From assembly GCF_044704955.1 (NCBI RefSeq), contig NC_091990.1:143406001-143470000 (forward strand): 64,000 nt of DNA. Direction: 5' to 3'. A program made the translations under genes and the position numbers. Shown here piece after piece: positions 22,581-35,240 of the stretch; position 1 is the first letter of the stretch, and each line of letters begins with the position of its first letter. The notes under the pieces were generated by a model that did not search any database, was not told where the DNA came from, and saw only the letters and a list, made by a program, of their open reading frames with translations. The stretch is from Pristiophorus japonicus. Taxonomy: Eukaryota.

Positions 22581-24703
22581 TCCAATAACTATCAGTATTA
22601 TACCTATTGTTCACAAACAATAAATTTCCCCACTAAGACACCTAAACTAAATTCCAAACATCCACAGTATGATAAGATGTTTGTTCAGATCTTCACATCA
22701 CCTTAAAAGAACTCCAGAGTACATCAAAACTTTCCAGAAGTTGACACAGCCTTTTAAATGAAGCAACCTGTGATGTAGAATATGGCATCCATACCGCAGT
22801 GATTAGTTCATGTGAGAGCAACTTTTTCACAGAGTTTCTTTTGGCAAGCGGTATTTTCGGTGATAGGTGTGCGAAGCGCCGATTTTGGCGGTATTTTGGG
22901 CATTAGTTTCAGAAAATCTGATCTTTACGATAAAAAACAGTGGGTGGGCAGTATTATTAAATCTCAGCATTAATTAAATGCCGAAAGTAATGCGGGGCAA
23001 TATTATGGCCGTTGGTTTCGCCCATTCTGATCTTTCCGCCCCAAAAAAGGGGGTGGACGGTATTATATTTTATCGGCGTTAAGTACATTCCGAAAGTTAC
23101 GCTTGGTGATAAGTGACCGAGAAATAGGCGCTAGTTTCCATTTTGTGGCTAAATGGGTGATATATGGGCGTTATCCCTCATCTCAGCATTAAAATGGACG
23201 TTAAGTGGGCGGTATGCATGCAAAAATAATGGAAAGTCTAGCCCTATGAATTTAATGCAAGAGTAACATCACTGACTAATTATACATGGATTGAAATCAG
23301 ATTCACAAATTTCCATGTCTGTCATTTGTCCATATATTAAAATGCCCACCCCTGTCTGTACTTGATTTTTCATTCACTTGATGAGGTTTTACAGTAAACT
23401 GCAGTCATCAACTGAACTGTAGGGATAACATTTTCTCAAGATTAAAAAAAACTATGTTAAAGCTCAGTTCATATAATGTAGAAATATGAAAAGAATATTA
23501 ATGATCTTCTGATACTTGTGTATGTATGTAGTGAATGTACAAATAAAGGGAAATGAGAGTACAGAAGATTGGAAATTAAATCCACTATGGATAAATTTGG
23601 ACTGGAATTTATCATCGATCTGAACAATTTGTTGACACTAATCAGACTCATTTCATATCAGAACTTTACAACTAGCAGAGGGAGGAGGCTTTCCTGAAAT
23701 CATTCCGAGCTGGGTTTAGATCCTGGTCTAAGACATGGAAGGATTGTACGGATTCTACGGCACTATCCAGTCCTCTCCTCTAATTGTCTCCCTATTGTTT
23801 CCTCAAACTGTAACCCAGAGTGTCATGTAATCAGTAGAAAGTAGCTGTCAGTTGCTCAAAATGGATATGAACTGTTCAAATTATTTTATGCCTCTTCTCA
23901 GAGCATATTTGTTAAAGGAACTTGCCTTGTAGAATTCAACAGATAACTGGTGAGGAGAATCCATGAGAAAGAAAGAAAGACTTGGATGAGAGTGTGTCCA
24001 GTGTTTCAACCTTAAGTTGCCTCACCCAAAGCAATATATAAAGCTAGTAATTGGGTGAATAAGTTCCTGTTACTCTCTTTTTTGCTAACAGCTCCAAAGA
24101 AAAACACACACGGCCAGTGTGAAGTTTGATATCAAAAGAAATAAATCCCAGTGTACCAGTGCAGGTATAAGAAGGGTAGCAACAGAAAATTCTCACGCAC
24201 AATTCAAAGGCTGCTTAACTAATGCAGAGTGAAGGCTAGTTTGTATAAAGTGCTGCATTAGATATAGGCCAAGCTCGTATGAGGGCTCAAGACCAATTTG
24301 CGATGCAAGTGCATGAAAAGTATATGCAGGACTGCTGGCAGTGACTAATTTAATTGCTCTGCTTCCAATCTCTGAATGCACACTGCCTGAGGACAGTTTT
24401 GACTATTGTTTTAACAATAGCAGTAACTGGATTCCAACTGAGGGTACAGCAGAGAATGGAGAGATTATTAGGAGAATACAGAGAATTGTGTCAGTGCCAG
24501 TTGGGAATTCAGGGAGTGCCCTGTTCCTTCAGAGTCATCACTTGATGTTAATTTTCCCAATTTAAAACACTATTGCCCATAACTAAAGACAAATTGGAGT
24601 TGAAATGGCAATCTTATTTAGAAAGGTTAGAAATGGAAAGAATTCACACTGATTCAGTTGAGGACAGTCACCTAAGGCGAGTGTTAAGGCACACTCACGT
24701 GGG

Positions 24704-25172
24704 ATATGGTAGCATAATGGTTATGTTACAGGACTAGTAATTGAGAGGCCTGTACTAATAATCTGGAGATCTGATTTAAAATCTCCACCACGGCGGCTGG
24801 AAGAATTTAAACTCAGTTACGTAAATAAATCTGGAATTAAAAAGTTAAAGTCAGAAATGATGACCATGAAACTACTGGATTGTTGTTAAAAACCCAACTG
24901 GTTCACTCATGTTGTTTAGGAAAGGAAACCTGCCGTTCTTACCAGGTCTGGCCTATATGTGACTCCAGACCCACAACAATGTGGTTGATTCTTAACTGTC
25001 CTCTGAAATGGCCGAACAAGCTGTTCAGTTCTAATAAACCGCTCCAACAAAGTCACTGTGGGAGTAACTTCACCACAAGGACTGCAGCGATTCAAGAAGA
25101 TGGCTCATCACCAATTAGGGATGGGCAATAAATGCCAGCAATGCCCACATCCCATGAACAAATAAATTTAAA
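24704..25172 (+). mobile_element. tRNA-like-headed SINE whose 3' tail matches the LINE at 39625-40490
   Basis: Head TGGTAGCATAATGGTTA; tail GGACTGCAGCGATTCAAGAAG...AATTAGGGATGGGCAATAAATGCCAGCAATGCCCACATCCC plus A-rich end. Confidence 0.7.
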
Positions 25173-25988
25173 AAACATTTTGGGCTGCGTTATCTGTCAT
25201 CTGATCATCTTCACCCAGGTGTGTTTAATGGGCACCAAAGTAGCAAAAAATATTCCATTCCTATCAAGAATATCACTCATTTGTTGAGCTCAAAATAATT
25301 GAACTTACAAGCCCTGAAATTAGGGTTAGCGATATTAGTGGAAAAATATTTGACACATTCATATGATATTCACTTTTTTGTCATTTTAGCATGGCTGTTA
25401 ATCCATTTAAAATAAATGGTTTAATTCCTGAATTAAAATGAAGGACAATGTCGTCTTGATCCATTAATATTGTCAACAGTAATCTTTAGGCTATTTTAAA
25501 ACATATAAATAATAGCTCTATCACCACCATTGCACTAAAATAAATGAGCCTGCCACCAACTCCTGGGAATCTGAAGACATTTAGCAATAGCCACGGGGAT
25601 TTTGGCATTGCATTCCGGGATTTTGTATTCTTCCAGTTAAACACAAGGGACGTTTTTAATCGATAGAAAACAATGCATTTCAGGTCTGTCATTGTTGTGT
25701 TGCTATTACCTGCAAACAGTGCAATGAGATTTGCAATGGATTAATAAAATGTAAAACAAAGCAGAAACATAGGAAAATCAGAATATTAAAATCGATCTAT
25801 AATTCAATAGGTGAAATGATTTAAAATGTGCATGGTGTAAGTATCATGTTAGAGGAGGTAACACTTTAAGAATGAGTACACCTGGCATATTCGTAGCAGC
25901 CGGAGTTTAAAGGAGAGACGGGGCAGAGTTAAATGACTGCCGTAGTCAGCTGGTACAACGCTTTTACTGCTGGTGACATTAGCATAAT

Positions 25989-26153
25989 GGGGGTGCAATT
26001 ATACATGGGCAGTGATGCAAAACAGGCAGAACCGGTATCATTATACGACATGCCCAGTATTCATTTCTTTTGAAGTCAGTGTAAATGAATATTGAGCGAA
26101 ACGTGTAACATGTGACAGATGTTTTGCGCCCTGCTCATGTCTAATTTCACCAA
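25989..26153. mobile_element. Old short palindromic MITE (Chompy-like)
   Basis: GGGGTGCAATT ... AATTTCACC ends with imperfect self-complementarity around TTGAAGTCA; a similar piece lies at about 37432-37555. Confidence 0.45.
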
Positions 26154-28241
26154 CAATGTGTTTATAGGCAATTCATCTGTCCGTTAGTTTAATGGAGGAT
26201 GCTAGCCCATTTATTCTCAATGGGGTAATGGCTTTGCTAAGCTAATAAACAGAAGATGTCACAAAAGCATTCAGCAATTTTTCATTCATTTTACCGATAG
26301 TAATTTTCAGGCTTTAGTGTTATTAGCCTTTACAAAGTTAATAAATTGATCTCCATTTACATCCGCAGCACTGCGACCAACATTGTAGTGCAAGAAGCAA
26401 TATTAAATGTTAATTTGGTTGGAAAGAAAAATAGTAATGCCTGTCTGAAATTCACTGGCAAATCGCACCTGAGGAAATTGTTCAGTCAATACAATGGCAA
26501 TAGTCAATATTTCTTCATACAGTAGTTATTGAACAACAAATAGTATCCGCAGTTTAGTCGGGACAATGAAACAATATGCTCAATGTTCTGGTCGCCGTGA
26601 TCCACGTCACCAGGAATGTTGCAAAGTTGGCCTGTTGCGATGTTGGCAAATACTAAGCGCCGAGATTATTTTTATTTATCATGTTTTAGAATCCCTCCTT
26701 AAATATGATGAAACATGCTAGTTAAAAGGGGAGATCAGCCACGGGGATAAATAAATATAAAGCTGCAAATAATACAGAATGTCATAAGGCTTTATTCTGG
26801 AAATGTCATTAGATAATGGGCCATTTCAAAAAATCTTGACCTTAAAATTAGGGAATGATTTGTCAAAAGTACCAACACTCGGGCTGTGTTTTTCTCTCAT
26901 TTAGCGAATAACAGATTTACTTCTGGTTGTGAGGAAATATTGTTTGCTAAAAATTGCATTTTGCCCTTAGTAGATCTGTGCCGGAGTTTAAAGATGACTA
27001 AGTAGTGTTCTCCCTTCGAGCCAGCCATTTTATCTGTCTCCTTCAGAGATCAATGAAGAACAGCAGGTGATATTTCCACCCGTGAGCTTCTAAAACCATT
27101 TAAAAAGGGAAAAAAAAAGTCTGCCATAGATGACTGGTGTCCTGCTGATATATGTTAATTGATTCACTGGCCCAGGAGCAAAGTTTTCTTTAGTGGCAGC
27201 AGATAAAAGTCCAACTTCTGCCCATTCTTATCAAAATACAACAGTAGCCCGCAACAATAAAAGAGAAATGATGCATCAAGTTTGCAGTATTGAAGACCCA
27301 AATACTCCCTTGTCCCTGAGCCCCGACTGCAGTCCCTGCTGCTAGTCCTCGGAGGTAAGAAAAAAACAAGCACTGCAGCTGAACTGTTGCAGAAAAAATA
27401 AGACGTAATTTAAATATGACTGACAAAACTGTGCAGATGTGGTTGTGTCCAGGAAAACAAGGCATGCTGCAACCATTCACTTCAGTTATGCGCTTTAGAT
27501 CAAAACCTCATGATACCAGTGTGAAGTATTTTTGTAGTATAATACTAATCCCCTAACACAGAGTTTCCTGAGGGACACCAGGCAACTTGAAAGAGCTTCA
27601 ATTGCATGGACAACATGTCATAAAGAATGAAACAGCTGTCCCAGTACTGTCAACAATTCCAGGCAGGACACTTTTTGAAACGGCACAATTTATAGCCGCT
27701 GTCCATTCGCGCGATCTAATGTTTATGTTTACTTTTGTCTGAACATCCAGTAGATAGTTTTAAACATTCTCTTATATGTGATGAGAAATAGCTTTGAGGA
27801 AATTATAATTTTCAGTTTACAACACTGATGCTCTCTTCTTACCACGTTTGGAATGATTTCCTCAATCTTTTCTATCGTTTCTCAAGGATATTACAGTGCA
27901 TTTTTTTACTCTGTGGTTCATTGGCTAGTTTAGTTTGAAGAAGGAAAAACATGATATGGACCTTACTGCATAAAATAGTTGGCGAATTTAGCTTCAAGGA
28001 ACGTCCATGTTGGTATACCGGAAACAGCAATTTGATTGATATCGTGGTGCTTGCTGATTGTTGACGAGCATCTTTTCCTATCTGCCCAGTGAATGAAACT
28101 AGCTTTGTAATTGGGTTTCGCTTAGCAAATAGGCTAATTAAGCCAATCACTATGTTTTACCCAATAGACACTTTGAGATGTGATACTTTTGAAAGTTGTG
28201 ACGCTACACAGTCATGGTCAATGGCAAACTTTTAATTATAT

Positions 28242-31097
28242 AGACATAAGAATTTTTACCGAAACTAACGCACAGCAGATCGCCCAGCGTCAATTTCACT
28301 ACCTCGCACACATATTGCCCACAATATCGTTCGCCCCAAAAAACGCCCACAAACTGTTCTGAACGAATGCCAGCGGTGTGGCTGGCATTTTTAATATCCC
28401 ACTCTTACGTGAGGAGCCGATATCTGAATGATTTGCCTGAAAGAGCATTGATGTGAGTGACAACACTGAAACACTGCTGTGTGTGTGCAGCTCAGACATC
28501 AATGGTACCCATCAACTTGGTGCCAGTTAAAGTTTATGTTGATTGATGTTAGGTTGTAGTTAACCCTTTCATGTTAAGGAATCACCAGTGTGTGGTGCAG
28601 CTATCTGAGACAATGCGCAACAAGGTTATATTCAATAATAAAAATGTTATACCAACATTGGTCTGAAATCATAAGCATCACAGGCAATAACACCCAACCA
28701 CCACCCACACCCCACTTTTTCCACCATTGACATAATTCACATGTTCAACATGTCCAGCAATACAGAATACAAAGGCAAAGCAAGAGCATGGTCCCCAGCC
28801 CCCGTACATTGCAACAAATTGCATACACCCAGATGGAGATATAACACAGCCATCACCTGCGGACATGCACCTCACTTTCCTTCCCCACTCCCCTTCTTCT
28901 CCCCACCTCTACCCTTTCTCCTCCTCGCTTGATGGTGCCTTGCCGAGGAGCTCCTCAGCTGGTGCCTCATTGGGGGGATCAAGGCAGATGCGGTCGTTGG
29001 ATGGGTACGGGAGCGGTGGGTGCTGAGAGGGCATCATTCTGTGATGCAGAAGCAGGATCTTGGTCCTTGCTCTTATCTGTTGTTCACAGTGGTGGTGCGG
29101 AACCTAGGGGTGGAGTGCCACGATCGGGGACACTGGGAGGCCTGTGGCAGCAGTATGCCTGGCTATCGCATCCAGGGACTCCACCATCCACGGAATGTAC
29201 TCGGTCATGGTGCCGGAAATGGTGGCCAGTTGTCGGGATATGCCCCCCAATGCTTCGATGAGCTGGTCATCAATGTCTACAGTCCTTCTGGAGAAATGTA
29301 CCATCTCTCCGCTCTCATATGGCACTCGTGGAACAGACCTGCTGCATCCAAGGGACCTCCGCGGGGTCAGCGCCATTCTGTGGACAAATAGGGTGCCTTG
29401 TGGTGAGGTGCTTGGGCCTGGTACCTCCAGAGTGGAGGCGGGAATGACCGGAGGACCACTAGATGGCCTTGGGGAGGAATGGCTTCTGGAGCGTGGCGAT
29501 GAAGACTCCTCAAAGTCCGCGCTCTCATCCGTGGATAAAAGACCCAGCGGATCAACGGGAGAGAATCGGACCTCCTCAGCACCAGATGTAGTAGAATCGT
29601 CTGCCGACTGCTGCCCCGCGCCCCCATATTCTGGCCTCTGTGGTCTTGCCTTGGGACGTGCTGCTGGCTGAGCTGCAAAACACAAATGAGGTTATTAGAG
29701 GAGAAGGGCGTGCTAGGGTGACAAGGTGAGTCCAGCACTACACACAGTATATGTACGACAAAAGCACCACCGCTGTCAAAATCATCGCAGACATCACATT
29801 TCATGACCATCAACACATTTGCATTCCAATGATTTTCATTAGGCCATCATTATTTATATGACAATTTTAGAAATCATCTATCACATATGATTGTTTGCAT
29901 ATGAGTGGGTGTGGCATCTCTCCGCTGTCACATCACACAATGGTGTAAGCTTTACTCACGAAGCATCACTTCAGAGTCTGCAAATGCGTCCATGGCTCTC
30001 CTCCATATCAGTGATGTCGCTGGGGACTGGTGGCTCCCCCATCCGTTCGCCTCTGCACGGACCTCATCGTCGATAGCTTCTTCTGTAAAAGATGACAGGA
30101 CAACATGGCATGAGATCATTGCATGATATCATTGTTAGGTACTGTCACAGACACTGATACAACACATAACCGACAGATGTAATCATGATTACTATGATAA
30201 TTATCATTGTATACCTAAAGATGTACACTGTGACTGCAGGTTTTGAGTGAAACATTTCCGGTAAAAGTGAAAGACCTCACATCTGATGATAGTCACTCAT
30301 GACTGTTACAAATCAAATAAATAAATACATAAGTATATGTAAATCAATGTAATACTTACTCTTGCGGATCCCACAAGGTCGTTCCATCGTTTGCGGCATT
30401 GGTTGCCCTCACGCACCTCATTGGTCACCGATGAAACCACCTTTGCTATCTCGGTCCATATCTTCTGGTATGCTTTTGAATGGGCTTGACGCGTCCTCCC
30501 TGGGTCAAATCACCCCAGCGTAACTCAACCTCCTTCAGGAGGGAGGCATTTGCCTCATCCGAGAACTTCCTTGGTCTTTTGCACCCTCCAATGTGCTCCT
30601 CTCCCACCTCACTACTCTCTCCAGCATCAGTCTCCACAGCATGCTGTGATGCCTCCTCCTCTCCCCATTATAGGCCAAATTCGGTCCAATATGTGGCTGG
30701 TAACAGCTACTTTTTGTTTGCCTACTTGCTGTGAAGCTCTAACGTCTCCCTCCTTCCTCCCAAAGCAGTCACACCACACCCAAACATGCCTTCAGTCCCT
30801 CTGAGCTATCTCTCTCTCTGTCTCCTCTTCTCGCATGTCATGATGACCCTTGACATCCAGAATCGCGGGAATCGAACGTTGCCATGCCGTTGCTAAGGAT
30901 GGCCACACTTTATGCCAGAAGGTCAAAAATGTTAACGCCCATTTTATATCGCTCACAGTAACGCCCATTTTCAAAAGTGGAAACTAGGTGCTTTGAGAAT
31001 GGACGAGAAGTGGCCGATCTGAAAATCCTTTTTTAATGCCCATGCCGGAAATATCGCCTATTTTTGTGCGATACCACAAAACTGCAGGTTCTAACCA
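28242..31097 (-). mobile_element. Internally deleted Harbinger (inverted relative of 18814-23244) that keeps the Myb gene but has lost the transposase
   Basis: 28660-31097 is collinear in reverse with about 18814-21250. Only the last transposase codons remain (ATGATTTGCCTGA, about 28427-28439). Ends approximate. Confidence 0.85.
28870..30668 (-). pseudogene. Harbinger Myb/SANT-like gene, second copy
   Basis: ORF 30446..30637 (KRPRKFSDEANASLLKEVELRW) and ORF 29104..29685 match the exons of copy 1. Confidence 0.8.
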
Positions 31098-32620
31098 TAT
31101 AAAAACATAAGAACATAAGAAATAGGAATGGGGGGGAGGCCATACGGCCCCTCGAGCCTGCTCCGCCATTCAATAAGATCATGGCTGATCTGATCATGTT
31201 CTCAGCTCCACTTCCCTGCCCGCTCCCCATAACCCCTTATTCCCTTATTGTTTAAGAAACTGTCTACTTCTGTCTTAAATTTATTCAATGTCCCAGCTTC
31301 CACAGCTCTTTGAGGCAGCGAATTCTACAGATTTACAACCCTCTGAAAGAAGAAATTTCACCTCATCTCTATTTTAAATGGGCGGCTCCTTATTCTAAGA
31401 TCGTGCCCTTTAGCTCTAGTCTCCCCCATCAGTGCAAACATCCTCTCTGCATCCACCTTGTCACGCCCCCTCATAATCTTATACGTTTCGATAAGATCAC
31501 CTCTCATTCTTCTGAATTCCAATGAGTAGAGGCCCAACATACTCAACCTTTCCTCATAAGTCAACTCCCTCATCTTCGGAATCAACCTGGTGAATCTTCT
31601 CTGAACTGCCTCCAAAGCAAGCATATCTTTTCTTAAATATGGAAACCAAAACTGCACGCAGTATTCCAGGTGTGGCCTCATCAATACCCTGTATAGCTGT
31701 AGCAAGCCTTCCCCACTTTTATACTCCATCCCCTTTGCAATAAAGGGCAAGATTCATTGGCCTTCCTGATCACTTTCTGTACCTGTATACTATCCTTTTG
31801 TGTTTCATGCACAAGTACCCCCAGGTCCCGCTGTACTGCAGCAGTTTGCAATCTTTCTCCATTTAAATAATAACTTGCTTTTTGATTTTTTTTCTGCCAA
31901 AGTGCATGACCTCACACTTTCCAACATTATACTCCATCTGCCAAATTTTTGCCCACTCACTTAGTCTGTCTATGTCCTTTTGCAGATTTTTTGTGTCCCC
32001 CTCACACATTGCTTTTCCTCTCATCTTTGTATCATCAGCAAACTTGGCTATGTTACACTCAGTCCCTTCTTCCACGTTGTTCATATAGATTGTAAATAAT
32101 TGGGGTCCCAGCCCTGATCCCTGTGGCACCCCACTAGTTACTGGTTGCCAACCAGAGAATGAATCATTTTCCCAACTCTCTGTTTTCTGTTTGTTAGCCA
32201 ATCCTCTATCTATGCTAATATATTACCCCCTGATGTGGAACCAAAATAAGGCTCAACACACAAGTGTGATATTGAATCAAAATTAATGTTTATTTGCAAA
32301 TACCTATTGCTTGGCCAAGGGAGAGCAGAACTATGGTAGAGTTCACACAAGTCATACCGTGACGTCTCGACTTTGGCTTCCAATAGTACAGAATATAAAG
32401 CCGAAAATCGGAACGTATCATCAATTCCATTACATTGGGGGCTTTTTACATTTTCACTATGAAGCACAAGCCGTATTTCCTGTTATTCAATGTCTATCTT
32501 TGTTAAGATTGCCACCACATCCTCTTGCAGAGAAACTGCTTTGTGATTGGCCTTGCGAGTTGTTGCTGGACAAAGATGACTTGACATTTTTTTCCCCTGT
32601 TACCTATCCTGCAACTCTAT

Positions 32621-34096
32621 GGCCCCAAGTTTCCACACGATAAAAAACGGATGCCCCTCCGAGCTGGGCGCCCATTTTTCGCGTCGAAAACAGCGCCGGA
32701 AAAAAACCGCACGATTCTGGAGCGCCCTGCAGCTCCATGTCTGCTTGGCGCGGCGCCCAGGGGGGCGGAGCCTACCACTCGCGCCGCTTTTGTAAGTGGG
32801 AGGGGGCGGGTACCATTTAAATTCGTTTTTTCCTGTCGGCAACCCTGCGCCTGCGCGTTGGAGCGTTCGCGCACGCGCAGTGTGAAGGAAACATTGGCAC
32901 TCGGCCATTTTTGTAGTTCTTTGTAGCTGTTTAATTTTTGAACATTTTTTAATAAAAGCACATTGCTCTTCCATGATCAGCACTGAGGCTTCTTGCAGCA
33001 GTGAGAAGGCTGCAGGAAGTCTCAGAGGTTGAGGCAGCCGTTTCCCGACGGCAGCGGGGGGAGGCCGTCGGGAATGGCTGCTCAACTTGTGAGGCTTCCT
33101 GCAGCCTTCTCACTGTCTCCTTCCCCACCCGCCCGCCATCGGGAACGGCTTCCTCCCCCCCCCCCGCTGCGTTCGGTCAGTCGGTCGGGCCCGCACTCCC
33201 TCCCCCCCCGCCCACCCGCCGTCTGGAATGGCTTCCTCCCCCCCCCCTGCGTTCGGTCGGTCGTGCCCGCACTCCCTCCCTCTCGCCCGCCCGCCATCGG
33301 GAACGGCTTCCTCCCCCCACCCCCCCCCCCCCGCTGCGTTCGGTCGGTCGGTCGGGCCCACACTCCCTCCCCCCCCCGCCCGCCCACCGTCTGGAATGGC
33401 TTCCTCCCCCCCCCCCTGCGTTCGGTCGGTCGTGCCCGCACTCCCTCCCTCTCGCCCGCCTGCCATCGGGAACGGCTTCCTCCTCCCCCCCCCCCGCTGC
33501 GTTCGGTCGGTCAGTCTGGCCCGCACTCCCTCCCTCCCCCGCCCGCCATCGGGAACGGCTTCCTCCTCCCCCCTGCCATCGAACGAACGGCTGCCTCAAC
33601 CTGTGAGGCTTCCTGCAGCATTCTCCCTGGCTGAAACACTTTCACACAGGTAGGAAGATGGTTTATTCAATCTTTTCTTTGCTTATAAATTTTTATTCAG
33701 GTTGGATTTATTTGTATAATATTTGTATAAGTATAAATAAGGATTTATTGTAGAATTTAATGACTTCCCTTCTCCCCCCCCCACCTCGTTCTGGACGCCT
33801 AATTTGTAACCTGCGCCTGATTTTTTAATGTGTAGACAAGGTTTTTTCAGTTCTACAAAAATCTTCACTTGCTCCATTCTAAGTTAGTTTGGAGTACGTT
33901 TTCACTGTGGAAACTTTGAAATCAGGCGTCAGTGGCCGGACACTTTTTGAAGAAAAAATTCTGTTCCAAAGTGAAACTGTTCTAACTGACTAGAACTGCA
34001 GAAAAAAAAATGTGGAGAATTGCGATTTCTAAGATAGTCCATTCTCCACCAGTTGCTCCTAAAAATCAGGCGCAAATCATGTGGAAACTTGGGCCC
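32621..34096. mobile_element. Harbinger-like MITE nested in the solo LTR
   Basis: TIR GGCCCCAAGTTTCCACA / TGTGGAAACTTGGGCCC; CpG-rich; TSD imperfect. Confidence 0.8.
33122..33575. repeat. C-rich minisatellite (about 55-65-bp units) inside the MITE
   Basis: Repeated CCCGCCATCGGGAACGGCTTCCTCCCCC...CTGCGTTCGGTCGGTCG...CCCGCACTCCCTCCC, with two alternating variants. Confidence 0.9.
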
Positions 34097-34844
34097 ATTA
34101 TTACTACTTGTCCATTTCTGAACACATTTCCCAGACTGCAACACTTATTGCACTATGGTGGGTTTCTAAAAATCCCACTTCACCCCCAACCCCATGAACT
34201 TTTTGTGCAGTAACCTTTTATGTCGCACCTTATCAAATGCCTTCTGGAAGTCCAAATACACTACATCCACTGGTTCCCTTTATCCACCCTGTCTGTTACA
34301 TCCTCAAAGAACTCCCACAAATTTGTCAAACATGACTTCCCCTTCATAAATCCATGCTGACTCTGCCTGACCGAATTTTATTTTTCCAAATGTCCTGCTA
34401 CCGCTTCTTTAATAATGGACTCCAACATTTTCCCAACTACAGATGTTAGGCTAACTGGTCTATAGTTTCCTGCTTTTTGTCTGCCTTCTTTTTTAAATAG
34501 GGGCGTTACATTTGCATATTCTATATCCCTGGTCCTTAGTTACAGTTTCACGAATGTGTGCTGTCATAGCTCACCGCCAATACCATTAGGGATGCAGCTC
34601 CATATGTAGTGCAATAGCAAAAAGGAGAGCATCCAATCTGAAGTACAGCTCAATTCTAGCCTAAGCTCTGGCCCCCAATCCTTCCCTGCCTGAGTCTGCC
34701 TTCGATATTCCTTCCTTCCAGGTTCAGGTTCAGGCCATCCTGTTCTGTCCCAACTTCCACCATTCCCAGGGATAAATAATAACATTTTTGCTTCCATCAG
34801 AGGTTGGAGCCCTATATTTCACTCCAAGGCCTCATGTGAGGTAA

Positions 34845-35240
34845 AGGAAAAGAAAGGAAGAAAGACTTGGATTTATATAGCACCTTTCATGACGGACGCC
34901 TCAAAGTGCTTTACAGCCAATGAAGTGCTTTTTGTAATGTTGTCACTGTTGTGATATAGGAAACGCGGCAGCCAATTTACGCACAACAAGCTCCCACAAA
35001 CAGCACTGTGATAATGATCAGATAATCTGTTTTTTTGTTATGTTGATTGAGGGATAAATATTGGCCAGTACACTGGGGATAACTCCACTGTTCTTCTTTG
35101 AAATAATGCCCTGGGATCTTTTACGTCCACCTGTGAGAATAGACGGGGCCTTGGTTTAACGTCTCATCTGAAAGTCAGCACCTCCGACAGTGCAGCACTC
35201 CCTCAGTATTGCACTGGAGTGTCAGTCTAGATTTATGTGT
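34845..35240 (-). mobile_element. Deu-type SINE (5' truncated)
   Basis: Homologous to 38835-39287; TTTC-rich tail on the minus strand. Confidence 0.8.

Larger units (their letters stand above)
18814..23244. mobile_element. Full-length PIF/Harbinger DNA transposon with two convergent genes
   Basis: Perfect 15-bp TIR GGGCTAGACTTTCCA / TGGAAAGTCTAGCCC; 3-bp TSD TAT; Myb/SANT gene on +, transposase on -. Confidence 0.93.
32231..34182. mobile_element. Solo LTR (about 475 bp once the MITE is removed)
   Basis: TGATGTGG ... CCACTTCA ends; 5-bp TSD CCCCC at 32226-32230 and 34183-34187. Confidence 0.75.
31103..34515 (-). mobile_element. CR1 LINE 3' half, interrupted by a solo LTR
   Basis: ORFs 31358..31750 and 31863..32201 (SGVPQGS, KFADDTK); ACATAAGA tail at about 31105; sequence resumes at 34183. 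Confidence 0.9.

Noticed and set aside
33001-33653. Six overlapping Pro/Gly/Arg-rich ORFs, or a CRISPR-like array
   Set aside because: They are an artefact of a stop-poor GC minisatellite. There are no unique spacers and the context is eukaryotic.
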